Of a DNA stretch of 64,000 nt, positions 25,727 through 38,029 are shown one piece after another. Below the pieces are notes generated by a model that was not told where the DNA came from, ran no database searches, and saw only the letters and a list, made by a program, of their open reading frames with translations. A program made the position numbers and the translations under genes. Each line of letters opens with the position of its first letter. The stretch's first letter is position 1. Source of the stretch: Octopus sinensis (lineage: Eukaryota); NCBI RefSeq assembly GCF_006345805.1, contig NC_042998.1:23002001-23066000 (forward strand), in the 5' to 3' direction.

Positions 25727-25957
25727 AGGCGGCAAGCTGGCAGAAACGTTAGCACGCCAGGCAAAATGCGTAGCTGTATTTCGTCTGCCGTTACATTCCG
25801 AGTTCAAATTCCGCCGAGGTCGACTTTGCCTTTCATCCTTTCGGGGTCGATAAATTAAGTACCAGTTACGCACTGGGGTCGATGTAATCGACTTAATCCG
25901 TTTGTCTGTCCTTGTTTGTCCCCTCTGTGTTTAGCCCCTTGTGGGTAGTAAAGAAAT
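25727..25957 (+). mobile_element. SINE family B (tRNA-like head; central GTCGACTTTGCCTTTCATCCTTTCGGGGTCGATAAA, Meta/Sauria-domain-like)
   Basis: B-box GAGTTCAAATTCC. Further copies at about 23393-23617 (-), 26975-27209, 28709-29164, 31286-31513, 47590-48435 (-), 49098-49506 and in the 50.8-54.0 kb array. Confidence 0.85.
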
Positions 25958-26505
25958 ATATATTTAGCCATCAAAAGGGTAACCCTCTATTCTTGCCGAG
26001 TTATGTAGCTCTAGAAGCATCTGTCTCTGTTCCTTAGCTGTTAATTAACATTTCAGTCATGGAATCTTCAACTTATGTGAACTGACCACAGCTATAAGGT
26101 ATCAGGTGATAATCAGCTAACTTCCGGTGCCATAGCAAAGTCTTCATTTACTATCCATATTTCTTACATTCTTGTTTACTAAAACATACATCTCTCTCCT
26201 TCTCTCTCAGATACACTTATCCAATCCACACACTTAGACATACTTTTCAACACACATATGTATGTAACTTTAAGATACCAACACACACATACAAGTTTTC
26301 AATCACAAGTATACACATTTTCATCTACTATGCAAAAGAAAATCCTTGTTAACACAGCTGGTTCCTGCAAGAATTGCCAATATCCTTCCAGGCAGCATAA
26401 ACTAATTCACAGACGAAATGTGAAATTTTTAAAACTTACAAATCTTTCCACAGAAGCGATCAACATCATCATCATCATCATCACAACTCTAATAAAATTT
26501 CTTTA

Positions 26506-26908
26506 GCAGGAGTGGCTGTGTGGTAAGTAGCTTGCTTACCAACCACGTGGTTCTGGGTTCAGTCCCACTGCGTGGCACCTTGGGCAGGTGTCTTCTAATA
26601 TAGCCTCGGGCCGACCAAAGCCTTGTGAGTGGATTTGGTAGACGGAAATTGAAAGAAGCCTGTCGTATATATGTATATATATATATGTGTGTGTGTGTAT
26701 ATGTTTGTGTGTCTGTGTTTGTCCCCCCAAACATCATTTGACAACCAATGCTGGTGTGTTTACGTCCCCATAAGTTAGCGGTTCGGCAAAAGAGGTCGAT
26801 AGAATAAATACTAGGCTTACAAAGAATAAGTCCTGGGGTTGATTTGCTCAACTAAAGGCGGTGCTCCAGCATGGCCGCAGTTAAATGACTGAAACAAGTA
26901 AAAGAGTA
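26506..26908 (+). mobile_element. SINE family A
   Basis: Full-length copy. Confidence 0.85.
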
Positions 26909-27453
26909 ATCTCAACAATAATTTTCTAAGTACAACTAGCATTTTATAATCGCTATTTAGGTGAAGGTATAGCTAGGTGCGTGAGCTGGCAGAGTTGTTA
27001 GCACGCTAGACAAAATGTTTAACGGTATTTCGCTCGCCGTTGCGTTCTGAGTTCAAATTCCGCCGAGGTTGACTTTGCCTTTCATCCTTTTGGGCTCGAT
27101 AAATTAAGTACCAGTTACGCACTGGGGTCAATATAATCGACTTAATCCCTTTGTCTGTCCTTGTTTGCCCTCTCTGTGTTTAGCCCCTTGTGGGTAGTAA
27201 AGAAATAGGTATAGCTAGGTGCATGCACAGCTGTGTGGTAAAACGTTTGCTTCCCAACCACATAGTTTGGGGTTCAGTCCCACTGTGTGGTGTCTTGGGC
27301 AAGTATCTTCTACTATGGCCCCAGGCCAATCAAAGCCTAGTGAGTGGATTTGATAGATGGAAACTGAAAGAAGCCTGTCAGGTGACCAAATTAGCAATGG
27401 TGGAGGATGCTCTGAAAGTATTGTTTCTAGAATAAGAATAGGATGGAGGAAGT

Positions 27454-27840
27454 TCAGAGAGTTATCACCTCTGTCAGCAATGAAAGGACTCTCTCAGAGT
27501 GAAAAGTAGATTGGATGATGTTTGTGTATGAACAGCTACACTTTATGGTAGCGAGACATGGGCTCTGAATGCAGAAGACATGTGTAGACCAGAGAAGAAT
27601 GAAGGCAGTATACTCTGCTGGATGTACAATGTCAATTGTGCATGTATGGCAAAACACAAATGTATTGAGAGGAAAGCTGAATGTAAGAGGAATCAAACGC
27701 AGTATGCAAGAGAGAAGACTTTGTTGGTTTGGATATGTGATGCATATGAAGACAGCTGTATAAAGAAGTGCCAATCACTGAAAGTGGATGGTACCTGTGG
27801 GAGAGGAAGACCCAGGAAGATATGAAATGAAATGGTGAGG
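27454..27840 (+). mobile_element. RTE LINE ORF2 C-terminal fragment
   Basis: RRNEGSILCWMYNV and VDGTCGRGRPRK, frameshifted. Confidence 0.75.
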
Positions 27841-28529
27841 ACTGGTCTCAGTGATTCACAAAAAATCACTCATAGACATTCTCCAAATTCTGTCTCACAG
27901 ATGAGCTATCTTTCCTCTCTACCTTTTCTACTATTTTCTATAATGGCCTTTATTGTTTGGAAATGGCTCAACTCATGCCATTCCTAACTGACTCATCTCT
28001 CTTCCATCTCATCACCCTTGTTGATTGGTGCAACACAAGTGAGGTTGCAATGCAACTTGAGAGACTAAGATCTCCTTCTACTGAATGGGGTGACAGAAGA
28101 GAGGGAAAAGCAGCTCTATGCTTGGGATAAGGAGTTAAAGCGAGAGAGAAGGAAACAGGTTTCTTGCTGCAGGGTAGCTACACACCTACTCAAGTTGCAG
28201 GAGAGAGGGTGGGAGTGGATGGGGTGGAACTAGAAAGAATAGGGATGGGTAAGTGTCAGGGTGGATCCTCAAGACATGAAATGCATAGAAGAGAGAAGAA
28301 GAAAGCAAGGAGTATGGGTTGGTAGAGGTTGCAAGAGTGGGGGGAGGGGGTTAAGACATAGTTAAAGATAGGAAGAGAATGAAAGGATGAGAGATAAGGA
28401 AGAGGAGATGATTGACTGTATGAGGTGCATTCCAGAAGGTTTGAGACTACATAACTGTATATTACTAATATACATCTAATTAGCTGACCTGCCAACTTTT
28501 TTTTTTATTCCAGATTAAAGGAGATGGTT

Positions 28530-30430
28530 GTAACAGCACTTTGAACACAGCCTATTAAAGACAGCTGACTAGTTTGTAGAACACCGTCAGGAAGTAAAGA
28601 CAATTCAGAAGCCTGCTATGTAATGAAGTTTTGTGTTAAACTGGGCAAAGATGCTGGAGAAACTTGTGAAATGCCCCAGGCTGCTTATGGATTAACTAGT
28701 ATTAACCAAGCGGTGAGCTGGCAGAAACGTTAGCACGCCAGGCGAAATGCTTAGTGGTATTTCATCTGCCGCTACATTCTAAGTTCGAATTCCGCCGAGG
28801 TCGACTTTGCTTTTCATCCTTTCAGGGTCGATTAACCCTTTAGTGTTCAGATTATTCTATCAAACATAACGCTTATTGATTCATATTGATTTGAATTAAT
28901 CATGCATTATCTCATATCTTCAAGATCTTGATGGTGTAATTACTTAATGTAGAATAACATTGTAGGGTAGGTGTGAGAGCCTGGATCTGGTCAGTTTGAA
29001 CATAAAACAGATTAGTTATTTTGGCCGGATATGGCCGGTTTAAATACTAAAGGGTTAAATAAGTACCAGTTACGCACTGGGGTCGATATAATCGACTTAA
29101 TCCATTTGTCCGTCCTTATTTGTCCTCCCTGTGTTTAGCCCCTTGTGGGTAGTAAAGAAATAAGTATGAACCAAGCATGTTTTGCACTGACACAAGAGGT
29201 TCGAGGATGCTTGAGAAGAGATGAGACGATGAGAGATGAGAGAGGAAAAGAAATGTCAGAACATCAGAGCTGGTTGAGAAAATTCACAATTTTCTGGTTG
29301 AAGACTCTTGCGCATCTATAAAGACAATAAACATATAGGCATAAGTAGCTTACTTACGAACCACATGGTCCCAGGTTCAATCCCACTGCATGGCACTTTG
29401 GGCAAGTGTCTTCTACTATAGCCTCAGGCCGACCAAAGCCTTGTGAGTGGATTTGGTAGACGGAAACTGAGAGAAGCCCATCATATATGCGTGTGTGTGT
29501 GTTTGTCCCCCCAACATCACTTGACAACCGATGCTGGTGTGTTTATGTCCCTGTAACTTAGCAGTTCAGCAAAAGAGACCGATAGAATAAGTACTAGGCT
29601 TACAAAGAATAAGTCCTGGGGTCGATTTGCTCGACTAAAAATGGCAGTGCTAAAGCATGGCCACAGTCAAATGACTGAAATAAATAAAAGTGTAAAAAGA
29701 GTATACAATTTGGAGTTTGTGGTAACTGAACACAGAATTATTCACGAAGATCTGAACATGTGCAACCATTTGTGTGAAGTTTATTCCCAAGGTGCTCAGA
29801 GATAAACAGAAGAAATGCATTCGTGACAGCAGGAAGATAGTTGAGCTTATTACCTCCAATCTAAGAGTACTTGAGTTTCTGGTGACTTGTGACGAAAGCT
29901 AAGGCTACTGTTATGAACCAGACACCAAGATGATAGAGTGCCCAATGGAAACATCCTGGCTCCTCCAGCACCAACAAGGGCAGGCAAAGCAAGTCCATTA
30001 TGAAGCTCATGATGATACCCTTTTCCAACAAGGGTATAATCTACATCCATTGGGTTCCCTCTGGCTAGACAGACTACAAAGAGTACTTTGTGGGGATTTT
30101 GAGGGAGTTCAGGAAAAGATTTTGTCACAAAAGGCCAGAGCTCTCCCACTCAGGTAAGTGGCACCTACACAAGGATAATACCCTAGTCCACAATTTCACC
30201 CTGGTAACCAACTACTTGACTGGGATGGGGCATCAAAACTGTCCCTCACCCTTCTTACAGCCCTGACCTTGCTCTCTGTGACTTTTGGTTGCGCCCCAAG
30301 CTGAAGGAGAACCTCAGGGGCAATCATTTTGAAGACATTGAGAAGATGAAGGAGGCTGTGATAAGAGTCTTGGACACTTTCTCTTTCGGGGACTTCCATG
30401 GGGCCTTCACAAAGTGAATGGGACACTACA
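28530..30430 (+). mobile_element. Decayed mariner (DD34D) transposase, split by SINE B (+MITE) and SINE A
   Basis: KFCVKLGK (N-terminus), LVTCDES, WHLHKDN and PHPSYSPDLALCDFWLRPKLKENLRG, with stops and frameshifts. Confidence 0.85.
28836..29054. mobile_element. piggyBac-like MITE with perfect TTAA TSD, nested in SINE B
   Basis: TTAA|CCCTTTAG...CTAAAGGG|TTAA; removing it restores SINE B GTCGATTAAATAAGTACC. Confidence 0.88.
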
Positions 30431-31689
30431 TATATATATAATTCCCCCACCTCCACCCCAAATGGCCACAGCCTTACAGCTGAAACATGTACGAGAATAC
30501 AAGAATACATATATACAATATATACCATCATTATCATCATTTAACATCCATGTTCTTCTATACTGACATGGTTGGAAAGATTCAATGAGTCCAAGAACTG
30601 CATCGTATACCAGTGTCTGCCTTCTATGGTTTGATGCCTTTCCGAGTGCCAACCACTTTACAAAGTGTGCTGGGTGCTTTTTTCATGCCACCAACACTAT
30701 TGAGGCTGCCAAGCAGGTCAGAAACCCCAAGGGAGTAGGGATTGGCTTTATGCTAGGGAACAAGAGGTTAAATTATGAAGTCAGAGAGAAGAGAGCAGGT
30801 TCTTGTAGAAGAGCTACATGGCTACTCACATTTAATATGGAAAGACAGAATGAGCATTAGGAGTTGTGATGATGAGGTGTCCAGGTGGCCCCACTCAGAG
30901 CACATGGTGAGTAGAAGTGGGTGGATGGAGATGTTTGCAAAACTGAATGGAGAACAGATGAGGGAATGAAGTGGCAGACTGCAACTGTAAAATTGAGTGT
31001 AAGGTCAAAGGGTGAGTGACCGATGAGTCATCAGTTGGGGAAAAGAGAGGGATGCAGAAGGGAATGGGATGGGGAGAAAGAGCAGCAGTATAGTAATAAT
31101 AATACAGTTGACAATGGGAAGACAAGAGAGAGAGACAGACAGACAGATAGCATGGTTGGGGAGGCTGCAAGAACAGAGGAATGAGGAGAGAGAGGCAGAT
31201 ATAGTACTTCAAGAGAAGTAATTAAGTTCAGGGAGTGAGGCATTAATTGATATAATGAGTGGGCGGAGAGCACAATATATATAAGGCAGCGAACTGGCAG
31301 AATCGTTAGCATGCCGGGCGAAATGTGTAGCCGTATTTCGTCTGTTGTTACGTTCTGAGTTCAAATTCCGCCGAGGTCGACTTTACCTTTCATCCTTTCG
31401 GGGTCGATAAATTAAGTACCAGTTACGCACTGGGGTCGATGTAATCGACTTAATACCTATAACTGTCCTTGTTTGTCCCCTCTATGTTTAGTCCCTTGTG
31501 GGTAATAAAGAAACATATATATATAGTGTGTTCCAGTATTCAGTTTTGGGTGAAACTTTCGAGAACTTCATATTGCCAGACATCTTAATCCTTTGTCATC
31601 TCTTCCGTGGGGCTCAGGGTCCTGAGGTCAGCCTTCATCACTTCACCATTATTTCTTCCTGGGTCTCTCCCTTCTGCAAGTGCCAGCTA

Positions 31690-32372
31690 TATTAAATGAT
31701 CATCACTTCCTTATATAAATTGTCCTCATCCATACGCATCACAGCTCCATACCAACACAGTCTTCTTTCTTGCACACTATGTCTGATTCCTCTTATGCCC
31801 AGTTTTTCTCTCAGCACTTGTTTACTGTGCCATTCATGCATTTTCATCAAACAGACCAAGCTCACCTCATTTCTTTCCAGTCTTCTTAAGTGCTCTGAAT
31901 TCAAGGCCCCTATCTCATTACTATGCAGCATTGTAGTTCTAATACAGGCGTCATGCAATCTGCCCATCATCATCATCATCATCATTGTTGTTTAACGTCT
32001 TTCCATGCTGGCATGGGTTGGATGGTTTGACTGAGGACTGGCAAGCCAGGAGGCTGTACCAGGTTCCAATCTAATCTGGCAAGGTTTCTACAGCTGGATG
32101 CCCTTCCTAACGCCAACCACTCCAAAAGTGTAGTGGGTGCTTTTTACGTGCCACCAGCACAGGAGCCAGTCAGGGGGCACTGGCAACAGCCACGCTCAAA
32201 TGGTGCTTTTTACATGCTACCGGCACAGGACCAGTCAAGCAGCACTGGTATAAACCACGCTCGAATGGTGCATTTTATGTGTCACCGGCATGAGTACCAG
32301 TCAGGCGGAACTGGCATTGGCCACGACAATGACTTCACTTGACTCAACAGGTCTTCACACGCACAGTTTATT
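31690..32372 (-). mobile_element. RTE ORF2 C-terminal fragment (31690-31960) next to an RTE 3' UTR copy (31968-32372)
   Basis: GRLHDACIRTTMLHS..LRRLERNE..VQERRLCWYGAVMRMDED; UTR modules. Confidence 0.75.
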
Positions 32373-32670
32373 GCCCACTGAGAGAAAAGACTTTTGTTGC
32401 CAACAGTGGTTCCCTGAACTTTCTCCAACACATTCTTACTCTGGCTACTATATTTTCAGAGCAACAATCTCCCTTATGAATGACATCTCCTAGCTAACAA
32501 AAACCATCAACTGCTTGCAGTGAGCCATCCAGTCATTCAAGCGATTCTATTTCTGGTGCGCTCATAGCATGACTATTCCAGCGCATCTGTTACAAATGAA
32601 GCTTATGTTGTCTGCTAATCTGTCTGTGATTCTATTTCTCTTGCATCCATAGCTTACACCAAATACAGTA

Positions 32671-33182
32671 CCGTAAATCCTCGAGTATAGTCTGCCCTTG
32701 AGTATAATACGCAGGGAATTTTTAGGGGGCTGTACCTCTGAAAAACCCAAACCTTGTGTATAATACGCACCCCTTCTCTAACTTGAGTCAAGGAGGTCTA
32801 TATAACGTCCTTGATTTGTAAAAATGTATACGGTAACATCCTTTATTATTATTGTATATATAACATAATGCAAACATGTAGCTTTTTTGTGCATTTTGTT
32901 TGCAGAAAATAAAGAAATAACAGTAATAACATTTAATAAATGTTGCTTACTGCAAGTTATGGATGATTCTTTTATGACTTCATTGCTTTCAGGCTTAGCT
33001 TAAGGTATTTTCGCACCTGACATCACAAAATGCTTCTGAATAAACATTGCCGGACAGCAAATAGAGACTCGGACATTGCTTAGAAAATAATTATCATTTT
33101 TAACCTCATATATAGAACGCATTAGGGATTTTGACCTTTAAATTTTGGGAAAAAAGTGCGGATTATATCTGAAGATTTACGG
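32671..33182. mobile_element. pogo/Tigger-like non-autonomous element with TA TSD, inserted in an old RTE RT fragment (about 32420-33700, - strand)
   Basis: TA|CCGTAAATCCTCGAGTATA...TATATCTGAAGATTTACGG|TA; the flank encodes CGIHQGSVFSPLLF, an RT motif. Confidence 0.75.
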
Positions 33183-33923
33183 TATATGGAGTTAATACCT
33201 ACTCCTTTTCTGCATATTGAACAAGGTCATTTACCTGAAGGAACCAAGATTCTGTCTTCTTTCCCGTTTACTAAGACCTTCATCTTTGCAAAGTTTACTT
33301 TAAGGCCACTCATTTCTAGGCTCCCTTATAGATTCAGCTATGAGAACTAAATCATGGACAATCAGTCTTAAACTCTTCTGTGATGGCCAATAGAATTTGA
33401 TGAATAGAAGAGGACTGAAGACTGAGCCTTGATGGATTCCGCACTTCATACTAAATTCATCACTGAAAGTGTTGTTGATTCTCAGCTTACTTACTGTATA
33501 ATTATACATGACTTATACAGCTCTCAAGCCATTTGTCAACACCAAATTTTCTTAATGACGGCTACATTATTGTACACAGTACAGTCAAATGCCTTCACCA
33601 AGTCAAAAGAGGCGAGAAATAATGGCTTACTTTTGACCAAGTATTTCTCTTGCAGTCACCTCACTAGGAAGCTTGCTATTAAAAACTTGTAGGCACACAG
33701 CATTTTGTTATGCAACCATATGCTCCAAAGTATACTAAATGTCTTTTTTTTTTATAAGTCAATACTGTGTACTACTGTGTTAGCAGGGCTTTTATGTCAC
33801 TTGCGAAGGTCATCTCTACAGATTATCTAAAGCTAGCACTGGCTTTGTTACTTTCTAATAATGTTTTATATCCAAGACACTAGATGTAAACAAACAATGA
33901 GATCGAAGATGAAAAAATGGGTA

Positions 33924-33975
33924 ATGAGTGTATATGCCATATTTCGGGAGGTTTTACTCCTTCATCAACACTCAT
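33924..33975 (-). ncRNA. Type I hammerhead ribozyme motif (C3U variant) in a probable Penelope-like repeat
   Basis: ATGAGTG-TTGATGA-AGGAG-TAAAAC-CTCCC-GAAA-TAT-GGC-ATAT-A/CACTCAT: 7-bp stem I, 4-bp stem II, 4-bp stem III, AUA cleavage triplet. Confidence 0.75.
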
Positions 33976-34073
33976 CTAACCTATTAATCATTCATAGACT
34001 CATTGCTTAAATAGTCAATACATATAGCAGTTGTCCGTTAATATTTACATATTAAACACATTCCTGAAAGCTT

Positions 34074-34465
34074 ACTCTTTTACTTGTTTCAGTCATTTGA
34101 CTGTGGCCATGCTGGAGCACTGCCTTTAGTCAAATAAATCAACCCCAGGACTTATTCTTTGTAAGATTAGTACTTATTCTATCGGGCTCTTTTGCCGAAT
34201 CACTAAGTTACCGAGATGTAAACACACCAGCATCGGTTGACAAGCAATGTTGGAAGGACACACACAGACACATACACCGTATATATATATATATATATAC
34301 AATGGGCTTCTTTCAGTTTCCGTCTACCAGATCTACTCACAAGGCTTTAGTTGGCCTGAGGCTATAGTAGAAGACACTTGTCCAAGGTACCACACAGTGG
34401 GACTGAACCCGAAACCATGTGACTGGTAAGCAAGCTGCTTACCACACAGCCACTCCTGTGCCTAT
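34074..34465 (-). mobile_element. SINE family A
   Basis: Full copy, inverted relative to 34901-35315. Confidence 0.85.
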
Positions 34466-34632
34466 ACGTAAATATTTATGGTTATATGTAAATATTGACT
34501 TGTAAGCACACAGCATTTCATTATGCAACCATAATATTCTGTAAAGTATATTGAACGTTTTTTTTTTATAAGTCAATACCGTGTACTACTGTGTTAGCAG
34601 TGCACTTTAATCACATGATAAGTCCATCTCTT

Positions 34633-34900
34633 ACAGATTTTCTATAGAAATTGTAGCCAACACTGATCTTGTTACGATGTTTCATATCCGAGACACCAGA
34701 TGTAAACAAACAATGAGACTGAAGATGAAAAATGGGTAATGGGCATATATATATATATGCCAAATTTTGGGAATTTTCACTCTTTCATCAGCACCCGTCA
34801 AATCCTTTAATCTTTGATCTCGTTTGTTTACATCTGATGTCTTGGATATGAAATGCTGTAATAAAGTCAGTGCTGGCTACAATTTCTATAGAAAATCTGT
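34633..34900. repeat. 79-bp inverted repeat enclosing a second, degenerate hammerhead motif (34738-34798, - strand)
   Basis: Arms 34633-34711 and 34822-34900 with 10 transition mismatches. The loop reads CTGATGA-AAGAGT-GAAA-ATTCCC-AAAA on the - strand. Confidence 0.8.
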
Positions 34901-35315
34901 GCAGGAGTGGCTGTGTGGTAAGTAGCTTCCTTACCAACCACATGGTTCCGGGTTCAGTCCCACTGCGTAGCACCTTGGGCAAGTGTCTTCTACTATAGCC
35001 TCGGGCCGACCAAAGCCTTGTGAGTGTATTTGGTAGACGGAAACTGAAAGAAGCCCGTCGTGTATATGTATATATATATATATATGTGTGTGTGCGTGTA
35101 TGTTTGTGTGTCTGTGTTTGTCCCCCAAGCATTGCTTGACAACCGATGCTGGTGTGTTTATGTCCCAGTCAATTAGCGGTTCGGCAAAAAGAGACCGATA
35201 GAATAAGTACTGGGCTTACAAAGAATAAGTCCTGGGGTCGAGTTGCTCGACTAAAGGCGGTGCTCCTGCATGGCTGCAGTCAACTGACTGAAACAAGTAA
35301 AAGAGCAAAAGAGTA
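34901..35315 (+). mobile_element. SINE family A
   Basis: Full copy. Confidence 0.85.
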
Positions 35316-35329
35316 AAGAGAGATGACTC

Positions 35330-36690
35330 TATCACATAGGAAGACTGCATGTATCATACCTCTTCCAGACACAAAACCAAATTGCATCTCATCTGCCCTA
35401 TCAGGAATCAATTGTGCTATAACTTTCTCTCTGACCTTCACAACCTGATCCTTTAGCTTGATTCCTCTAGAGCTGTTTCTCTCTAAGATATCACTTTTGC
35501 CCTTGTGGAAGTTTATGATGAGACTGCTCACCATTCATTAGGTATGAATCCTTCCTGTATAACTTGACTAGCAGTATCACCTGGCATTGCTTGAGTTTGT
35601 TTCGACCATTTAGAATTGGAACTTTTGAAAATTAAAAATTTTGCATTATGTAGCTTGTTATTCTCTTTAAGTGAACATTTTTCTGGTTGAAATACACTGA
35701 AAAATGGTGACACAGCAGTCAAAAAATCGTAAAAAATAGGGATTTTCATAGAAAAAAAGCACTTTTATGATGTAAATAATTTTTGGTGTTAACATGGTCC
35801 GATTTGAATTTTTTCTTGTACGGAAGGAAAAGCAAGCCTTCTATCATACTCTCAATTTTGGTCAACTTGCGCCGCAGGGTCTCGGAGGAGATAGTGTTAG
35901 TTGAAGGCTACCAAACCTGCTATACATAGACAACTTCAGCTTTATATATATATAGAGATTAATTGACCTGTCGGTAATACTGTACCCTATCTCAATGGAT
36001 ATTTCGAGAATCTCTGCAACTATCCCTGATGGACCTGCAGTTTTCCCTCTCTTCGTGTTCTTCATCACCTTACCTTCCATGCTGTTGTCGACTTGAATTG
36101 CTGATCCTTTTGTAGCATCAGCATAAGTAAGCCCTCTTTATCCCAAACATTCTCTGCATTCAACAGCCTCTCATAATAACACCTCTATGCCACTTTCTTG
36201 TCTTCCATATTGATGGCAAGTATGCCTTCATCATCCTGGACACACTCTTCACCTATGACATCTTGTTTCTCTCTCACACACTGTCTTGTAATCCTGAACA
36301 CCCCACACCTCTAATCCTCACATTGCAAGACATGCACAAGCTTCTACCTCTCTGCCTCAACCTTAGCCAAGTATACCTGGTGATTAGCTGTCCCTCAAGC
36401 CATTTGGTAATGCTCCCTACTAGCACCTTCTCTCTGGGATTATTAAGCCTGTCACTTATCATTTACAGTCCTGTCGACCAAGTTACTTTTGGTTCAGTCA
36501 GGACTCTGTTCTGTGGCCCTAAGCAATTTACTTCACAGAAATTCCCAGTTTTCATCCCTGATACAGGTGTATAAATCTGCTTCCCTACAGTCATATGTGT
36601 CAGTTAGGATTTCCTTATCTGTTCCCAGTTATGGAATCTTTTAAATTCCGTATCTTCTTTCTCCAGGCTGTCCTCCTTTTCTGTATCTGC
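35330..36690 (-). mobile_element. Old RTE LINE endonuclease/RT fragment
   Basis: GKTAGPSGIVAEIL, SRGIKL..DEMQFGFVSGRG; fragmented. Confidence 0.75.
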
Positions 36691-36744
36691 CAAGCTCTGA
36701 GCCATATGTACACACACACATGTGCATATTCATACACACAATAC

Positions 36745-37372
36745 CGAGACCTCTGGAAGTATGCTGTGCACGAGAAGACCCGGCAGGACAAGTGAGACCA
36801 TAACCCGTGGCCTTCTACATGGGATGGAGCCAGCCTACGTATGCATACCTTCCCTTCTTGGGACACAAAACTCTACTTGTGAAGACCTGTTGAGGCAAGT
36901 GAGGATCAAAATCGAAATCGATCAATGGAAATTGCAGCTGAGTTACCAGTGCCGGTGGCACGTAAGAGAGCCATCCGTTCGTGACCGTTGCCAGCTCCGC
37001 CCCGACTGGCCTCGTGCCATGGCACGTAAAAAGCACCATCCGTTTGTGTCCATTGCCAGCCTCGCCTGGCCCCTGTGCCGGTGGCATGTAAAAAGCACTA
37101 TCCGTTCGTGTCCGTTGCCAGCCTCGCCTGGCCCCCATGCCGGTGGCACGTAAAAGCACCATCCGTTCGTGGCCGTTTGTCAGCTGCAGGTGGCACGTAA
37201 AAAGCACCCACTACACTCACGGAGTGGTTGGCGTTAGGAAGGGCATCCAGCCGTAGAAACACTGCCAGATCAGACTGGACCTGATGCAGCCTTCTGGCCT
37301 CACAGATCCCAGTTGAACCGTCCAACCCATGCTAGCATGGAAAGCGGACGCTAAATGGTGATGATGATGATG
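36745..37372 (+). mobile_element. RTE 3' UTR copy with five modules of about 60 bp
   Basis: Matches 9696-10330 in reverse; (GAT)n tail. A second shorter copy lies at about 37730-38025. Confidence 0.8.
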
Positions 37373-38029
37373 AATACATACACATGCAAACATATGCATA
37401 CAGATGATTGCAAACAAGCATCCCCATTACAGAAGTGATGCTGTTTGTTAGTAATTTTCCACGAAACAGATGAGAATTGACAAGAGAAAGAGTACCTGAC
37501 CCTAGAAATCTACCTCAAAGAATTTCATCCGACTCATGCAAGCATTGAAAAGTAGATGTTAAAACAATGATGATGATGAAGGTTAAAAGCAGTAAATGTA
37601 GGCCTGGCAGGGTACAAGTATTGCAGCTTCTAACACAACCCCCAACTTAAGAGCATGTGTTACTGAGGGTGAGCAAGTTTTTTGCAGCACCACCTATTGT
37701 CAATCAATACGGTCTTTTGTCATCTCCATCCGAGCGTGATCGTTGCCAGAGCGGCTAACTGGCTTCCGTGCCGGTGGCATGTGTAAAAAGATTCAAGCGA
37801 GGTCGTTGCCAGTGCCGCCTGACTGGCCCCATGCCGGAAGCACGTAAAAAGCACCCACTACACTCTCGAAGTGGTGGGCGTTCGGAAGGGCATCCAGCTG
37901 TAGAAACTCTGCCAGATCAAGATTGGAGCCTGGTGCAGCCATCTGGTTCGCCAGCCCTCAGTCAAAATCATCCAACCCATGCTGGCATGGAAAGCAGACG
38001 TTAAACGATGATGATGATGATGATAAAAT

